Assembly (NCBI GenBank): GCA_004524535.1
Contig: SDNY01000077.1
Coordinates: 1-16,795 of the forward strand
Direction of reading: 5' to 3'
From: Promethearchaeota archaeon
GTDB lineage: Archaea > Asgardarchaeota > Lokiarchaeia > Sigyniarchaeales > SOKP01
Length of the DNA stretch: 16,795 nt
Shown here: positions 1 through 8,744 of the stretch, one piece after another
Layout of the letters: each line of letters begins with the position of its first letter
Numbering within the stretch: the first letter of the stretch is position 1
Translations under genes and position numbers: made by a program
Notes under the pieces: model-generated
The model's database searches: none
Seen by the model: the letters and a program-made list of their open reading frames with translations, nothing else
What the model was told of the DNA's origin: nothing

Positions 1-27
1 CCCTTGTACTCCAATTATATTTATCAT
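1..27 (-). CDS. Probable 5' end of a gene running off the left edge (MINIIGVQG...)
   Basis: ATG at 27-25 on the minus strand, with an in-frame TAA a few codons upstream and an AT-rich intergenic region beyond. Only 9 codons are visible. Confidence 0.3.
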
Positions 28-327
28 CTCTTCAAATCCTTATTTGATTATTTCTCTACAATCAATTTTTTGGCTAATTTCCAATATCTTTATCATTTTA
101 TTTATCTTTTTAATGAATTTAAAGCAAAAAAATTTATTGAACCAATTATAGATTTTCAATGATTTGTCTGATGAACTTTAGTTAAAATATTAATTGAATC
201 TAAAAGTGATTATCCTAATATTGCATTCTTAATATCAGAGGAAATATATTTAAATTTTAGCTTTTTCGAAGTTAAACAAAGTGTTGCTTTAAAAAAAATA
301 TTAATAAGTTAATTTTTAGATTTCTGT

Positions 328-3102
328 TTATTTACTTGTTTTTGAATATTTCCGTTTTATTACTTGTTTTCGAAGGGCTTTCCTTATCTCATCACCAATA
401 AATACAGAGCTCGAGATTAAAACAATCAATAACCAATCAAATGGCAAAAGTGGGACGGTACCTAAAAGAGCATTAAATATAATTAGGTAGACCGCACATA
501 TCTGAAGTGTAATTGAGAGAATTATTGCTCCGATAAGATATTTATTACTGGTCATTCCCATTTCAAAAAGAGATTTTGTTCTTGATCGACAATTGAGTGA
601 ATTAAACACTTGAAACATAGCCATAGTCGTAAAAGCCATAGTCTGCGCTTTTAGAAGAACATTATATTGGTTTAATGCGTAAATAAACATAAAAAGCGTA
701 CCAAACATCATCAATACCCCAACAAAAACAATATTTACCAGTATTTCTTTATTAAAGATAGGTTCTTCCGGACGCCGGGGTTTATGTGCCATAACATCGC
801 TTTCTTTGCCTTCCATTGCTAAGGTAACATCCAATACACCGTCTGTTACGAGATTCACCCAGAGAATTTGTACAGGTGTAAAGATTAGGAAAGTTTCACC
901 AAATAAAATAGGTAATAATATCAATGCTAGTATAATAACTGCAATCTCGCCTACGTTGGTACAGACTAAATATTTAACTACTTTTCTGATATTTTGAAAT
1001 ATTACACGTCCTTCTTCAACAGCACTTACAATACTTGAAAAGTCATCATCAGTTAGAACCATTTCAGAAGCCTCTTTAGCAACTTCTGTTCCTGCAATCC
1101 CCATAGCAACGCCTATATCTGCTGCTTTAAGTGCAGGCGCATCATTTACACCATCACCAGTCATACAAACAATATGATTTTTTCGCTTTAAGGAAGAGAC
1201 TATCTTATATTTATCCTCAGGTGATACACGTGCAAATATGCTAATATTATCTATTTTATCATCTAGTTCTTCTTCACTCATTGACTTTAAATCTTCTCCG
1301 GTTACTATGAGAGAGCCTTTCTTAAGAATGCCAATTTCAGTACCAATCGCTTCTGCAGTAATTTTATGATCACCTGTAGCCATAATCACCATAATTCCTG
1401 CTTTCTTACAGAGTTTAATTGAATCTTTTACTTCTGGTCTTGGGGGATCAATCATACCTACAACACCTTGAAAGACTAATTTTTTTTCTCCCCTTTCTAA
1501 AGCCTCTTTAAAACTTTCAAGTTGATCTATACTAATAGTTTGAGATGCAAAAGCAAGATTTCTCAATGCATTTTTTGCCATTTGGAATGTTATTTCATTA
1601 ATCTTATCAATTTCTACTTGTGTTAAATCTATTATATCACCATTTAGAAATATTTTGGAGCATAAATTTAAAACTACTTCGGGAGCACCTTTGAGATATA
1701 CAAGAATCTCTTTTGAAGAGTTTTTATGAAATGTAACCATATATTTTAATTTTGAATTAAATGGAATTTCATCTATACGCGTATAATTTTCTTCAATTTC
1801 CTCTTTATGGATACCTTTTTTGGCGGATAAAACTAATAATGCTCCTTCCGTAGGATCTCCATAAACGTCCCATACTCTTTCTTCCGTTTCCAATTTATGA
1901 CTCCTTAAACGTGCGTTATTACAAAGAGTTGCCGTTTTAAGTAAAGGAATAAGAGTTTTTAAAGAATTAATTTCGATTTCCTCACCATTAATTTCAAACT
2001 TTCCTTCAGGAGTAAAACCCGCTCCCGTAACATCAATAAATTTATTATCGACAAAAATTTTTCGAACCGTCATTTGATTCGTCGTTAATGTGCCAGTTTT
2101 GTCAGTGCAAATTACAGTTGCAGCACCTAAAGTATCTACAGCATGTAATTTACGGATTATAGCTTTTCTTTTTGCCATTCTATTTACGCCAACTGCTAGT
2201 GTTATAGTCATTACTACAGGTAGCCCTTCTGGAATGGCAGAAACTACAGAAGCCACTGCAAAGAAGAATATCTCAAATAATTCTATCCCCAATATAATTC
2301 CTAGTAAAAATGTTGTACCGCTCGCAATTAGGGCAACTATTGCAAAAATCTTTACTAAATCCGAAAGTTTGCTTTGGAGGGGGGTCTTTTCTTTTTCTGT
2401 ACCTTTAATTAATTCAGCAATTTGTCCAATCTCTGTATTCATGCCTGTTTCTACAACCACTGCTTTACCCCTTCCATAAGTTATAACTGTTCCCGCATAA
2501 GCAATATTCCTTCTATCTGCCACATTCACTTCCTCATCTATAGCATTTACGATCTTTTTGACAGAAACAGATTCTCCTGTCAACATGGATTCATCGATTT
2601 CAAGATTTATTGCTTCAAATATTCGGGCATCAGCAGGAACTTTATCTCCGCCTTCAAGAAGGATAACATCACCAGGAACTATTTCATTTGCTTTAATGCG
2701 CATTTCAATACAAGTTTTTTCCTCCGGACAGTCTCTTATCACATCACATTCAGGGCTAACCATTAGTTTAAGTGCTTGTAAACTCGTTTCAGCTTTATAC
2801 TCTTGAAGATAACCTATAATCGTATTAAATAAAACCACTAATATGATTACTATTGTATCAGCATATTTTCCAAATATAAAAGTTATAAATGCCGTTATGA
2901 GAATAATAGAAATTATGGGATTTTTTAATTGGGCAATAAGAATGGCAAATTTATTTATTGGTTCATCTTCTTTTAATTGATTAAAACCATATACCGCTAA
3001 TCTTCTCTTGACTTCTTCTTCAGATAACCCTTTTGGAGTTGATTTCAACTTATTAAATACTTCTTCCTTATCAATGCTATGCCAATTCATTTTAAAATCC
3101 AT
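328..3102 (-). CDS. Cation-transporting P-type ATPase, type IIA (Ca2+/Mn2+, SERCA/PMR1-like)
   Basis: 924-aa ORF with TGES (A domain), IPEGLP (M4), DKTGTLT phosphorylation site, KGAPE, DPPR, TGD, GDGVNDAPAL and QILWVNLVTD (M6). The true start may be the second Met (MNWHS). Confidence 0.96.
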   Translation of the reverse strand: MDFKMNWHSIDKEEVFNKLKSTPKGLSEEEVKRRLAVYGFNQLKEDEPINKFAILIAQLKNPIISIILITAFITFIFGKYADTIVIILVVLFNTIIGYLQEYKAETSLQALKLMVSPECDVIRDCPEEKTCIEMRIKANEIVPGDVILLEGGDKVPADARIFEAINLEIDESMLTGESVSVKKIVNAIDEEVNVADRRNIAYAGTVITYGRGKAVVVETGMNTEIGQIAELIKGTEKEKTPLQSKLSDLVKIFAIVALIASGTTFLLGIILGIELFEIFFFAVASVVSAIPEGLPVVMTITLAVGVNRMAKRKAIIRKLHAVDTLGAATVICTDKTGTLTTNQMTVRKIFVDNKFIDVTGAGFTPEGKFEINGEEIEINSLKTLIPLLKTATLCNNARLRSHKLETEERVWDVYGDPTEGALLVLSAKKGIHKEEIEENYTRIDEIPFNSKLKYMVTFHKNSSKEILVYLKGAPEVVLNLCSKIFLNGDIIDLTQVEIDKINEITFQMAKNALRNLAFASQTISIDQLESFKEALERGEKKLVFQGVVGMIDPPRPEVKDSIKLCKKAGIMVIMATGDHKITAEAIGTEIGILKKGSLIVTGEDLKSMSEEELDDKIDNISIFARVSPEDKYKIVSSLKRKNHIVCMTGDGVNDAPALKAADIGVAMGIAGTEVAKEASEMVLTDDDFSSIVSAVEEGRVIFQNIRKVVKYLVCTNVGEIAVIILALILLPILFGETFLIFTPVQILWVNLVTDGVLDVTLAMEGKESDVMAHKPRRPEEPIFNKEILVNIVFVGVLMMFGTLFMFIYALNQYNVLLKAQTMAFTTMAMFQVFNSLNCRSRTKSLFEMGMTSNKYLIGAIILSITLQICAVYLIIFNALLGTVPLLPFDWLLIVLISSSVFIGDEIRKALRKQVIKRKYSKTSK

Positions 3103-3561
3103 TTATTTATTTTTTTTATATTTAATTATATAAACTATAAATGCATAAGCAAGAAAATAACCTCTTAATTTATTTTCTGGGTCTTCTGATCTCAAGGATT
3201 CTCTGGATAATAATAATCCAGTTATAAGAAGAGTTATCATAACAAATAACGTCCATATAGATACAATACCCTTATATTCTACATCGAATGGTCCCTTAAA
3301 TTCCCCTATTGCGTTATAATCAAATATAAGATAATAAAGCTGAGGATGAAGAGGCTGACCCGTAAGTAAGATTAGAACGAAAGAGATTGCTGGAGGATAC
3401 CAACCATTGAAAACACCACACCATGCAAAACCTATAAATAGAAGATTTCTATTATTGAATTTACGATATCTTGAAGCAATATAAAGCCCTATGTAGAGAG
3501 ATAAAATTATTAAAATTAGGCTAAATAATCCCGATAAAAACTCGATTATAGTTAATTCCAT
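3103..3561 (-). pseudogene. Multi-pass membrane protein, probably internally deleted and C-terminally truncated
   Basis: Hydrophobic segments. Aligns by eye with the 5800-6294 product (YYLIFDYNAIGEFKGPFDVEYKGI / YYLLTDPRKMGILQGPVDVKYTGI; SRESLRSEDPENKLRGYFLAYAF / ARESLKSEQKESKIRGIFMLYAF) but ends in low-complexity IIKYKKNK where the paralog continues about 50 aa. Its stop abuts the ATPase ATG. Confidence 0.55.
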
Positions 3562-3647
3562 TATCTTCTCACAAATATAAAATTTATAATTGTAATCTAT
3601 TCCATCAATTTAATCATTTGCATTATTAATTATTCAAATTTTAAATT

Positions 3648-3673
3648 CGTGAGTTACTAAGTTAATACTTTCT
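3648..3673 (+). repeat. Left terminal inverted repeat of the IS
   Basis: CGTGAGTTACTAAGTTAATACTTTCT; the first 17 nt are identical to the reverse complement of the right end. Confidence 0.92.
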
Positions 3674-3820
3674 TAAATTTTTTTATTTAATATCTTACGA
3701 AAAATTGACCGACTTTATTTTTATGAGAGTGTTTTAGAATTAAAACTATAATTTTTAGGAAGATATCAGATTATTTTTCCAAGACTAATTTTTGTCAATC
3801 AGCGAGACGATTTTCGTTCT

Positions 3821-5616
3821 CTGTCCCCTACCGATAATACAGCAATTGTATATATATTTATATCAAAATCACGTTTTCCCATTAAACTTAAATAGATCTG
3901 TCCCCTATATTTATATATGGTTCATTTAGCTAAAAAGAAAAAGAACGGAAAGACCTATTTATACTTAGAGGAGCGTAGTTGGATTAATGGGAAGTCAAAA
4001 CGGCTTTGGCAAATTTATTTAGGACCTGAACACGAGTTTAAAAAAAGATCCAAATTGATTACGATTCCCGAAGTCGAAACTGAAACGATAGAATTCGGAT
4101 TAATTGCGGCATTACTGTTAATAGCAAGAAAATTGGGGGTTGTTAAGATTATTAATAAATTTACACATAAAAGGGAACAAGAGCTGAGCGTTGGTGAGCA
4201 CATGTTATTCGCAGCCATCAATAGGTGCGTGGAGCCGGTTTCTAAGAGTCAGTTGAAAGATTGGTTTGATTTAACCGTGTTAAAAAAGATCTACTCTAAA
4301 CCTGGATCGGCTTTAGATTCGAGGTCTTATTGGACTCATTTTCGCTATTTAAACGATAAAAACATTGAACGTATCGGAAATGCATTCGCTCAGGCAGTCA
4401 TCAAAGAATTTAACGTCTCTTTTCATAATCTCTTATTTGATCCTACGAATTTTTTTACTTATATTAACCCTAAAAAACCGAATCAAACCTATCCTCGACA
4501 TGGACACTCGAAAGAAGGTCGAAACACACTTCATCTGGTTAATTTTTCCCTGTTCTGTACTATAGACGGCGGCATTCCGTTATTACACTTAGTGTATCCT
4601 GGAAACGAGCAAGATGCGAAGCATTTCAGAACTGCATTGAAAAAACTCAAACAACGCTTAGATGGGTTAAATATTACCCCCTCCACGATTACGCTCACAT
4701 TTGACAAGGGAAATCTTTCAAAAGAAGCATTTAAATTCATTGACGAGGAGGAGCTTAACTATATCGCTTCAATTCGCCCCTCAACCCAAAAGGAGTTGCT
4801 TACAATCTCTCCCGAGGAATTTAAGTTGAAAATACTGCCTAATGGTAAAACAATTGGATTCAAACAGTTCACTCGCACGATTTACGGTAAAGAACGCAGA
4901 TTAATTGCAATCTATAATCCTAAACAAGCAAGATGGTTAGAAAAGAATTATGAAATTAAATTAGAAGAGAAAATTGCGGAAATTAGAGCATTTTTTCAAG
5001 CTCGTCTTAATAATACACGTTGGTCCAAACCAGATAAAATAAGAGAGAAGTGCCAGAGAGTATTAGGCTCTAAAAAATTTAAAAATGCGATAAAATTGGA
5101 GATTAACGGAAAAGAAGGAGCTCTATCCTTCTCAATTACTAAAGATGAGGAGGGATTTAGCCGACACGCGGTAACTTTGGGAAAGTCATTTTTAATGACA
5201 AATCGATTCGACTTGACTCCCATTGAAATCATTTGGGCATATCGTCAGCAATATATGATCGAGAAAGCTTTTAAACTCCTAAAAAATCCAAGTTATTTGA
5301 GCATCAGACCCATGTTCGTGAGCGTAGATTCCAGCATCAGGGGGCATTGTTTCACGTGCTTTCTTGGCTTATTGCTCTTGACTTTATTGGTACGTGATTT
5401 GATCAACCGAGAAATTCCAATGAGCATTCCAAAAGCAATTAAAACCTTAAATAGAATCAAGATTACCAAATTAACGATTCCGGGTAGAAAGAAAGCATTA
5501 TATAAAGTTAATAAAATGGAGGATCATTCGAAATTGATATATAATGCCTTAAACCTAAGCCAATTTGAGTGAATATTTCACGTTTTTGCATCAAGTTTTC
5601 AAACCTGTCCCCTACC
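3821..5616 (+). repeat. Internal direct repeats CTGTCCCCTA(CC) at 3821-3832, 3898-3907 and 5605-5616
   Basis: An exact 10-12-nt GC-rich motif occurs three times in the IS non-coding ends. The copies at 3898 and 5605 are each preceded by TCACGTTTT (3869, 5578). Confidence 0.75.
3917..5572 (+). CDS. IS1634-family DDE transposase
   Basis: 551 aa. N-terminal KKNGKTYLYLEE...W.NGK, LLFDPTNF (D1), GHSKEGR, TFDKGN (D2), YRQQYMIEKAFKLLK (E) and IRPMF...IRGHCFTCFLGLLL, typical of IS1634/IS4-clan enzymes. Confidence 0.92.
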   Translation: MVHLAKKKKNGKTYLYLEERSWINGKSKRLWQIYLGPEHEFKKRSKLITIPEVETETIEFGLIAALLLIARKLGVVKIINKFTHKREQELSVGEHMLFAAINRCVEPVSKSQLKDWFDLTVLKKIYSKPGSALDSRSYWTHFRYLNDKNIERIGNAFAQAVIKEFNVSFHNLLFDPTNFFTYINPKKPNQTYPRHGHSKEGRNTLHLVNFSLFCTIDGGIPLLHLVYPGNEQDAKHFRTALKKLKQRLDGLNITPSTITLTFDKGNLSKEAFKFIDEEELNYIASIRPSTQKELLTISPEEFKLKILPNGKTIGFKQFTRTIYGKERRLIAIYNPKQARWLEKNYEIKLEEKIAEIRAFFQARLNNTRWSKPDKIREKCQRVLGSKKFKNAIKLEINGKEGALSFSITKDEEGFSRHAVTLGKSFLMTNRFDLTPIEIIWAYRQQYMIEKAFKLLKNPSYLSIRPMFVSVDSSIRGHCFTCFLGLLLLTLLVRDLINREIPMSIPKAIKTLNRIKITKLTIPGRKKALYKVNKMEDHSKLIYNALNLSQFE

Positions 5617-5674
5617 AATTTTTTTAATGTCTATAAAACACATTTAAAAAGAATCTAAACAATAAAATGCTTTG

Positions 5675-5700
5675 AGAAATTACTAACTTAGTAACTCACG
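5675..5700 (-). repeat. Right terminal inverted repeat of the IS
   Basis: AGAAATTACTAACTTAGTAACTCACG, the reverse complement of the left TIR with 2 mismatches. Confidence 0.92.
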
Positions 5701-5799
5701 AAATTAATTATAATCTTGTAATGGAATTAATATTTAACTTTAATCATAATTCTTTTAGTTTAAAAAAAAAGATAAAAGAAAAAAATTGTTTAGTTTTAT

Positions 5800-6294
5800 T
5801 TATTCTTTTAATAGAATCTTCTTAGCAAACTTTGGCATTAAAAATCCGATATATGATGCTATATTACTTGTTATAAGAATTATTCTTATAATAGGTAATG
5901 TTATGAGATTTAAGTCAACAGATGCATCTAAAATTGAGCCAATACCCCAAGATAGAAAAGCATATAGCATAAAGATACCTCTTATTTTACTTTCTTTTTG
6001 CTCAGATTTCAATGATTCTCTTGCAAATAAAACACCACTAATAGTAACGAATATTAAAAGAGCAATTAAAAATAACGGATATATACCTGTATATTTAACA
6101 TCCACGGGTCCTTGCAATATCCCCATTTTTCTTGGATCAGTTAGGAGATAATAGATTATTAGTCCTTCAAAAACAAAGGCAAATATTAAGAAAAAAAGCT
6201 TCCATATCCTCTCCAAATAAAATATAAATTCCATCAACATTTTCTGTTCTTTGAATGATTTCTTCATAAATTTTTTGTATTTTATCAGTTTCAA
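5800..6294 (-). pseudogene. C-terminal half of a multi-pass membrane protein, paralog of 3103-3561; native N-terminus apparently missing
   Basis: The hydrophobic, paralog-matching sequence begins only near 6195 (FFLIFAFVFEG...). The upstream part overlaps the 6167-6445 ORF in another frame and looks spurious. A T-rich tract follows the stop on the minus strand (about 5761-5785). Confidence 0.55.
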
Positions 6295-6445
6295 GTCGTC
6301 CCTTAATCAGATTTAAATAAAATTCTCTATTGATCATAATTGATTGGCCATCCCAACCTCTTACGTCTATAAACTGTAATATATCATTTGAGAAGGGTAA
6401 ATAAGAGGTAATTGTTGTTGGAAATAGGTTCTTTATAATAATCAC
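6167..6445 (-). CDS. Hypothetical soluble protein, probably a truncated N-terminal fragment
   Basis: GTG start downstream of the CARF gene. About 83 globular-looking residues precede a T7 run (6191-6197) where the sequence switches to the membrane-protein remnant. Confidence 0.4.
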   Translation of the reverse strand: MIIIKNLFPTTITSYLPFSNDILQFIDVRGWDGQSIMINREFYLNLIKGRLETDKIQKIYEEIIQRTENVDGIYILFGEDMEAFFLNICLCF

Positions 6446-6553
6446 CCTAATTAGAAAATAATTAACAAAATGTAATTGTAGTTTTTGTCATAATAACATA
6501 ATAAATATTAATTATAAAATCTTTTTGTGAAAAGCTTTTTCAATGATAAAAAA

Positions 6554-7327
6554 TCAAATTTCAAATAATTTATTTAGAAAGTATGCGATTCCAAGATAAC
6601 TTATTCCAATAATTTTCTTTTTTCGATCTTCAGGATTAACAGAAATTTCTAACAAGGATAAATTATCCAATTTATTTATATAACCATTTATTGCTCCTCT
6701 TGAATACTCTTCTCCTCGTTTCTCATCTAATGCAATCTTAATTTCATCGATCGATTCATACGACTTGGTTTTAGCAAGTAATTCATTCTCATCAAAAGAT
6801 AATTTAGGATTAAAAAATTGTTCTTTATTCTCAAAATCATTAAAGAAGAGTTCTAAGAATTCATGTTGCTTATCGGTAATGGAATTAAGTTGGACGGTCA
6901 TAATCTTAATATTCTCCTTTAACCCTTGTTTATCGCCGACTGTTTTATAAATCCCATGCATAATTTCGGTATTTGTAATACAACACGCTAAATAAAACCA
7001 AATATCGATATATATGAGCCCTCCGGAAATATTTACTTTAACTTCTTCTATCCCCGATTGCTTTTGTTGTAATATCTTATGGGTTAATTCTGCAATAGGT
7101 TTATTAGATATATGAAAACTAAATTCAGCACTTTCGACTTTTATTATCCTTTCTTCATAGTGTTTGATTAATTCATTTAAGGTCTCTTTAGCTTTATCAG
7201 TGCCAGATAGGGGTTCTTTTTCCGTTATAAAAATAATTTTATCTACAATTTCTTTATCAATTGATAAAATAAGTCGATCTGAGGTATGACCTACTGGTAC
7301 AATTTGGCAATAATTTATTTCCATCAT
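6554..7327 (-). CDS. CARF-domain plus winged-HTH transcriptional regulator (Csa3/DUF6293-like)
   Basis: N-terminal IVPVGHTSDR strand-loop and VNISGG motif characteristic of CARF folds. C-terminal SRGAINGYINKLDNLSLLEI...DRKKKIIGISYLG is a wHTH recognition helix and wing. Confidence 0.8.
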   Translation of the reverse strand: MMEINYCQIVPVGHTSDRLILSIDKEIVDKIIFITEKEPLSGTDKAKETLNELIKHYEERIIKVESAEFSFHISNKPIAELTHKILQQKQSGIEEVKVNISGGLIYIDIWFYLACCITNTEIMHGIYKTVGDKQGLKENIKIMTVQLNSITDKQHEFLELFFNDFENKEQFFNPKLSFDENELLAKTKSYESIDEIKIALDEKRGEEYSRGAINGYINKLDNLSLLEISVNPEDRKKKIIGISYLGIAYFLNKLFEI

Positions 7328-7350
7328 TCCTATTTCTTATTACGATTCTA

Positions 7351-7402
7351 TATATATAAATATGTAGAAAAGTTTATGACTACTAGAGAATATTTATATA
7401 TA
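7351..7402. promoter_or_regulatory. Back-to-back archaeal TATA boxes forming a 13-bp inverted repeat (divergent promoter)
   Basis: TATATATAAATAT (7351-7363) and ATATTTATATATA (7390-7402). The minus-strand TTTATATA lies 26-33 nt upstream of the CARF gene ATG. Confidence 0.6.
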
Positions 7403-7453
7403 CGAATTATTATTTAATTAATAATAAAAAATCTAATAAAGGATCAGGTTAGG

Positions 7454-8032
7454 ATGATATTAAAAAAAATGTGGTGGATTAATTCAAAATTATGTATGAA
7501 ATTCTCCAAAACTAATTCTAACAATTTTTTCCCTAATAAATTCATTAAAATCGTAAATTTGCAAGTCATTTTTCAAGTATTTGGAAAAAAAGATCAGACA
7601 GAAACATCTCGAACAATTGATTTGAATGATATAAATCTTAACTATGATTCATTGATAATTAAATTTGAATTTAATAAGACTCCTGGCATTGAAATAAGAA
7701 TTATAAGACTCGATATGAAACTGGAGAATGGGGATTATAAAAGAATTCCAATAAATAGTGATTTTTATTGGTTATGCAAATTAGAAAATTTAACAGAGCA
7801 ACCTCCTTTACCAGAGTTTAAAGAGAAATATATAAAAGAGAATCCTGTCGAAATATTCAAAGCAGTTTCAGATTTGACAGACACTAATTTTGATGCTAAG
7901 ATGTTAGATGAAATTGACGAAATTCAAGACAATTCTTGTAGATATGATATTCAGAGCATATGTTTTCAGACAATGAACTCTCTGTATTACGATCACTTTC
8001 AGAGTTTTTACGCAGTTAAAGAAAATATATAA
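7454..8032 (+). CDS. Hypothetical protein
   Basis: 192-aa ORF with a purine-rich AGGTTAGG just before the ATG and a TATA box upstream. No recognised motif. Confidence 0.6.
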   Translation: MILKKMWWINSKLCMKFSKTNSNNFFPNKFIKIVNLQVIFQVFGKKDQTETSRTIDLNDINLNYDSLIIKFEFNKTPGIEIRIIRLDMKLENGDYKRIPINSDFYWLCKLENLTEQPPLPEFKEKYIKENPVEIFKAVSDLTDTNFDAKMLDEIDEIQDNSCRYDIQSICFQTMNSLYYDHFQSFYAVKENI

Positions 8033-8051
8033 ATCCTATCTTCTCTATTTT

Positions 8052-8744
8052 TCAATAATCTTCTATAACTTTTATTTCTCCTAAACTAGGAAACCGAATG
8101 AGATTTAATTTAAAGAATCTTTTATAAAGAATTTTCATCTCTTCTTTTAAACAGCTTAAATTATGATTCAAAATCAAATCATAATGTCCATATTTATAGT
8201 GCAAATCAATATCTTTAGAATTTCTCAATAAAGGTTCTGGATCAACAATAGAACCAATTTTATTAACAGCAGCGGATAATGATTCGTACTTATTTTCTTG
8301 CAAATTAACCATTACCAAAGAATCGATGAATTTTATATTATCATTCTGAAGGCCCTCCTTAGCTAGATATTTGATATAATTAATAATTCGTTTCTCCTTA
8401 TCAGAAAAACAGAACAAGTAAAAATTCTTTATAATTTGAAGCAATTTTATTATAAATTCATAAAAATCTTGGTTATATCTTTCATCCTTAATGTAAAATT
8501 GATATATCCAATTGAACAATAAAATACCAATAAATTTTGGTTCATTACATTCAAAATCTATAATTGAATATTTCAATAAATCAAGATTTCTAACAATTAT
8601 TGTTCTCTTGACGTGGATAATAGAATATAATTTAATCTCTTTTATGAGATTTTCAAATTTTTGAATAATAATTTCGAATTCTAAAGTATCGCAGAAAATT
8701 TCCTTATTTATATTAAAAAGATGATATTCTTCTAAATCATTCAT
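8052..8744 (-). CDS. Hypothetical protein translationally coupled to the AEP gene
   Basis: The ORF track gives 8052-8780 (TTG start). The ATG at 8744 overlaps the upstream stop as ATGAATGA, which is the more likely start (230 aa). No recognised motif. Confidence 0.65.
   Translation of the reverse strand: MNDLEEYHLFNINKEIFCDTLEFEIIIQKFENLIKEIKLYSIIHVKRTIIVRNLDLLKYSIIDFECNEPKFIGILLFNWIYQFYIKDERYNQDFYEFIIKLLQIIKNFYLFCFSDKEKRIINYIKYLAKEGLQNDNIKFIDSLVMVNLQENKYESLSAAVNKIGSIVDPEPLLRNSKDIDLHYKYGHYDLILNHNLSCLKEEMKILYKRFFKLNLIRFPSLGEIKVIEDY

Larger units (their letters stand above)
3648..5700 (+). mobile_element. Complete insertion sequence, IS1634-like (DDE), 2053 bp
   Basis: 26-bp terminal inverted repeats (3648-3673 and 5675-5700, 24/26 match), AAATT direct repeat on both sides (3643-3647, 5701-5705), and a single transposase ORF inside. 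Confidence 0.93.

Noticed and set aside
806-2806. Plus-strand ORFs 806-997, 2090-2479, 2422-2766 and 2558-2806
   Set aside because: Antisense shadows of the well-supported P-type ATPase, with no motifs of their own.
4015-5232. Short ORFs within the transposase (4015-4221, 4365-4565, 4531-4740, 4996-5232)
   Set aside because: Shadow or alternative-frame ORFs with no recognisable features.
6167-6230. A second BHB intron explaining the frame change near 6195
   Set aside because: I could not find a 4-bp helix with paired 3-nt bulges there; a deletion junction or homopolymer slip fits better.
5786-6950. Plus-strand ORFs 5786-6151 and 6765-6950
   Set aside because: Antisense to better-supported minus-strand genes.
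8052-8744. Primase large subunit PriL
   Set aside because: It has scattered Cys residues but no PPC-type Fe-S motif or other recognisable PriL pattern; its position next to an AEP is not sufficient.
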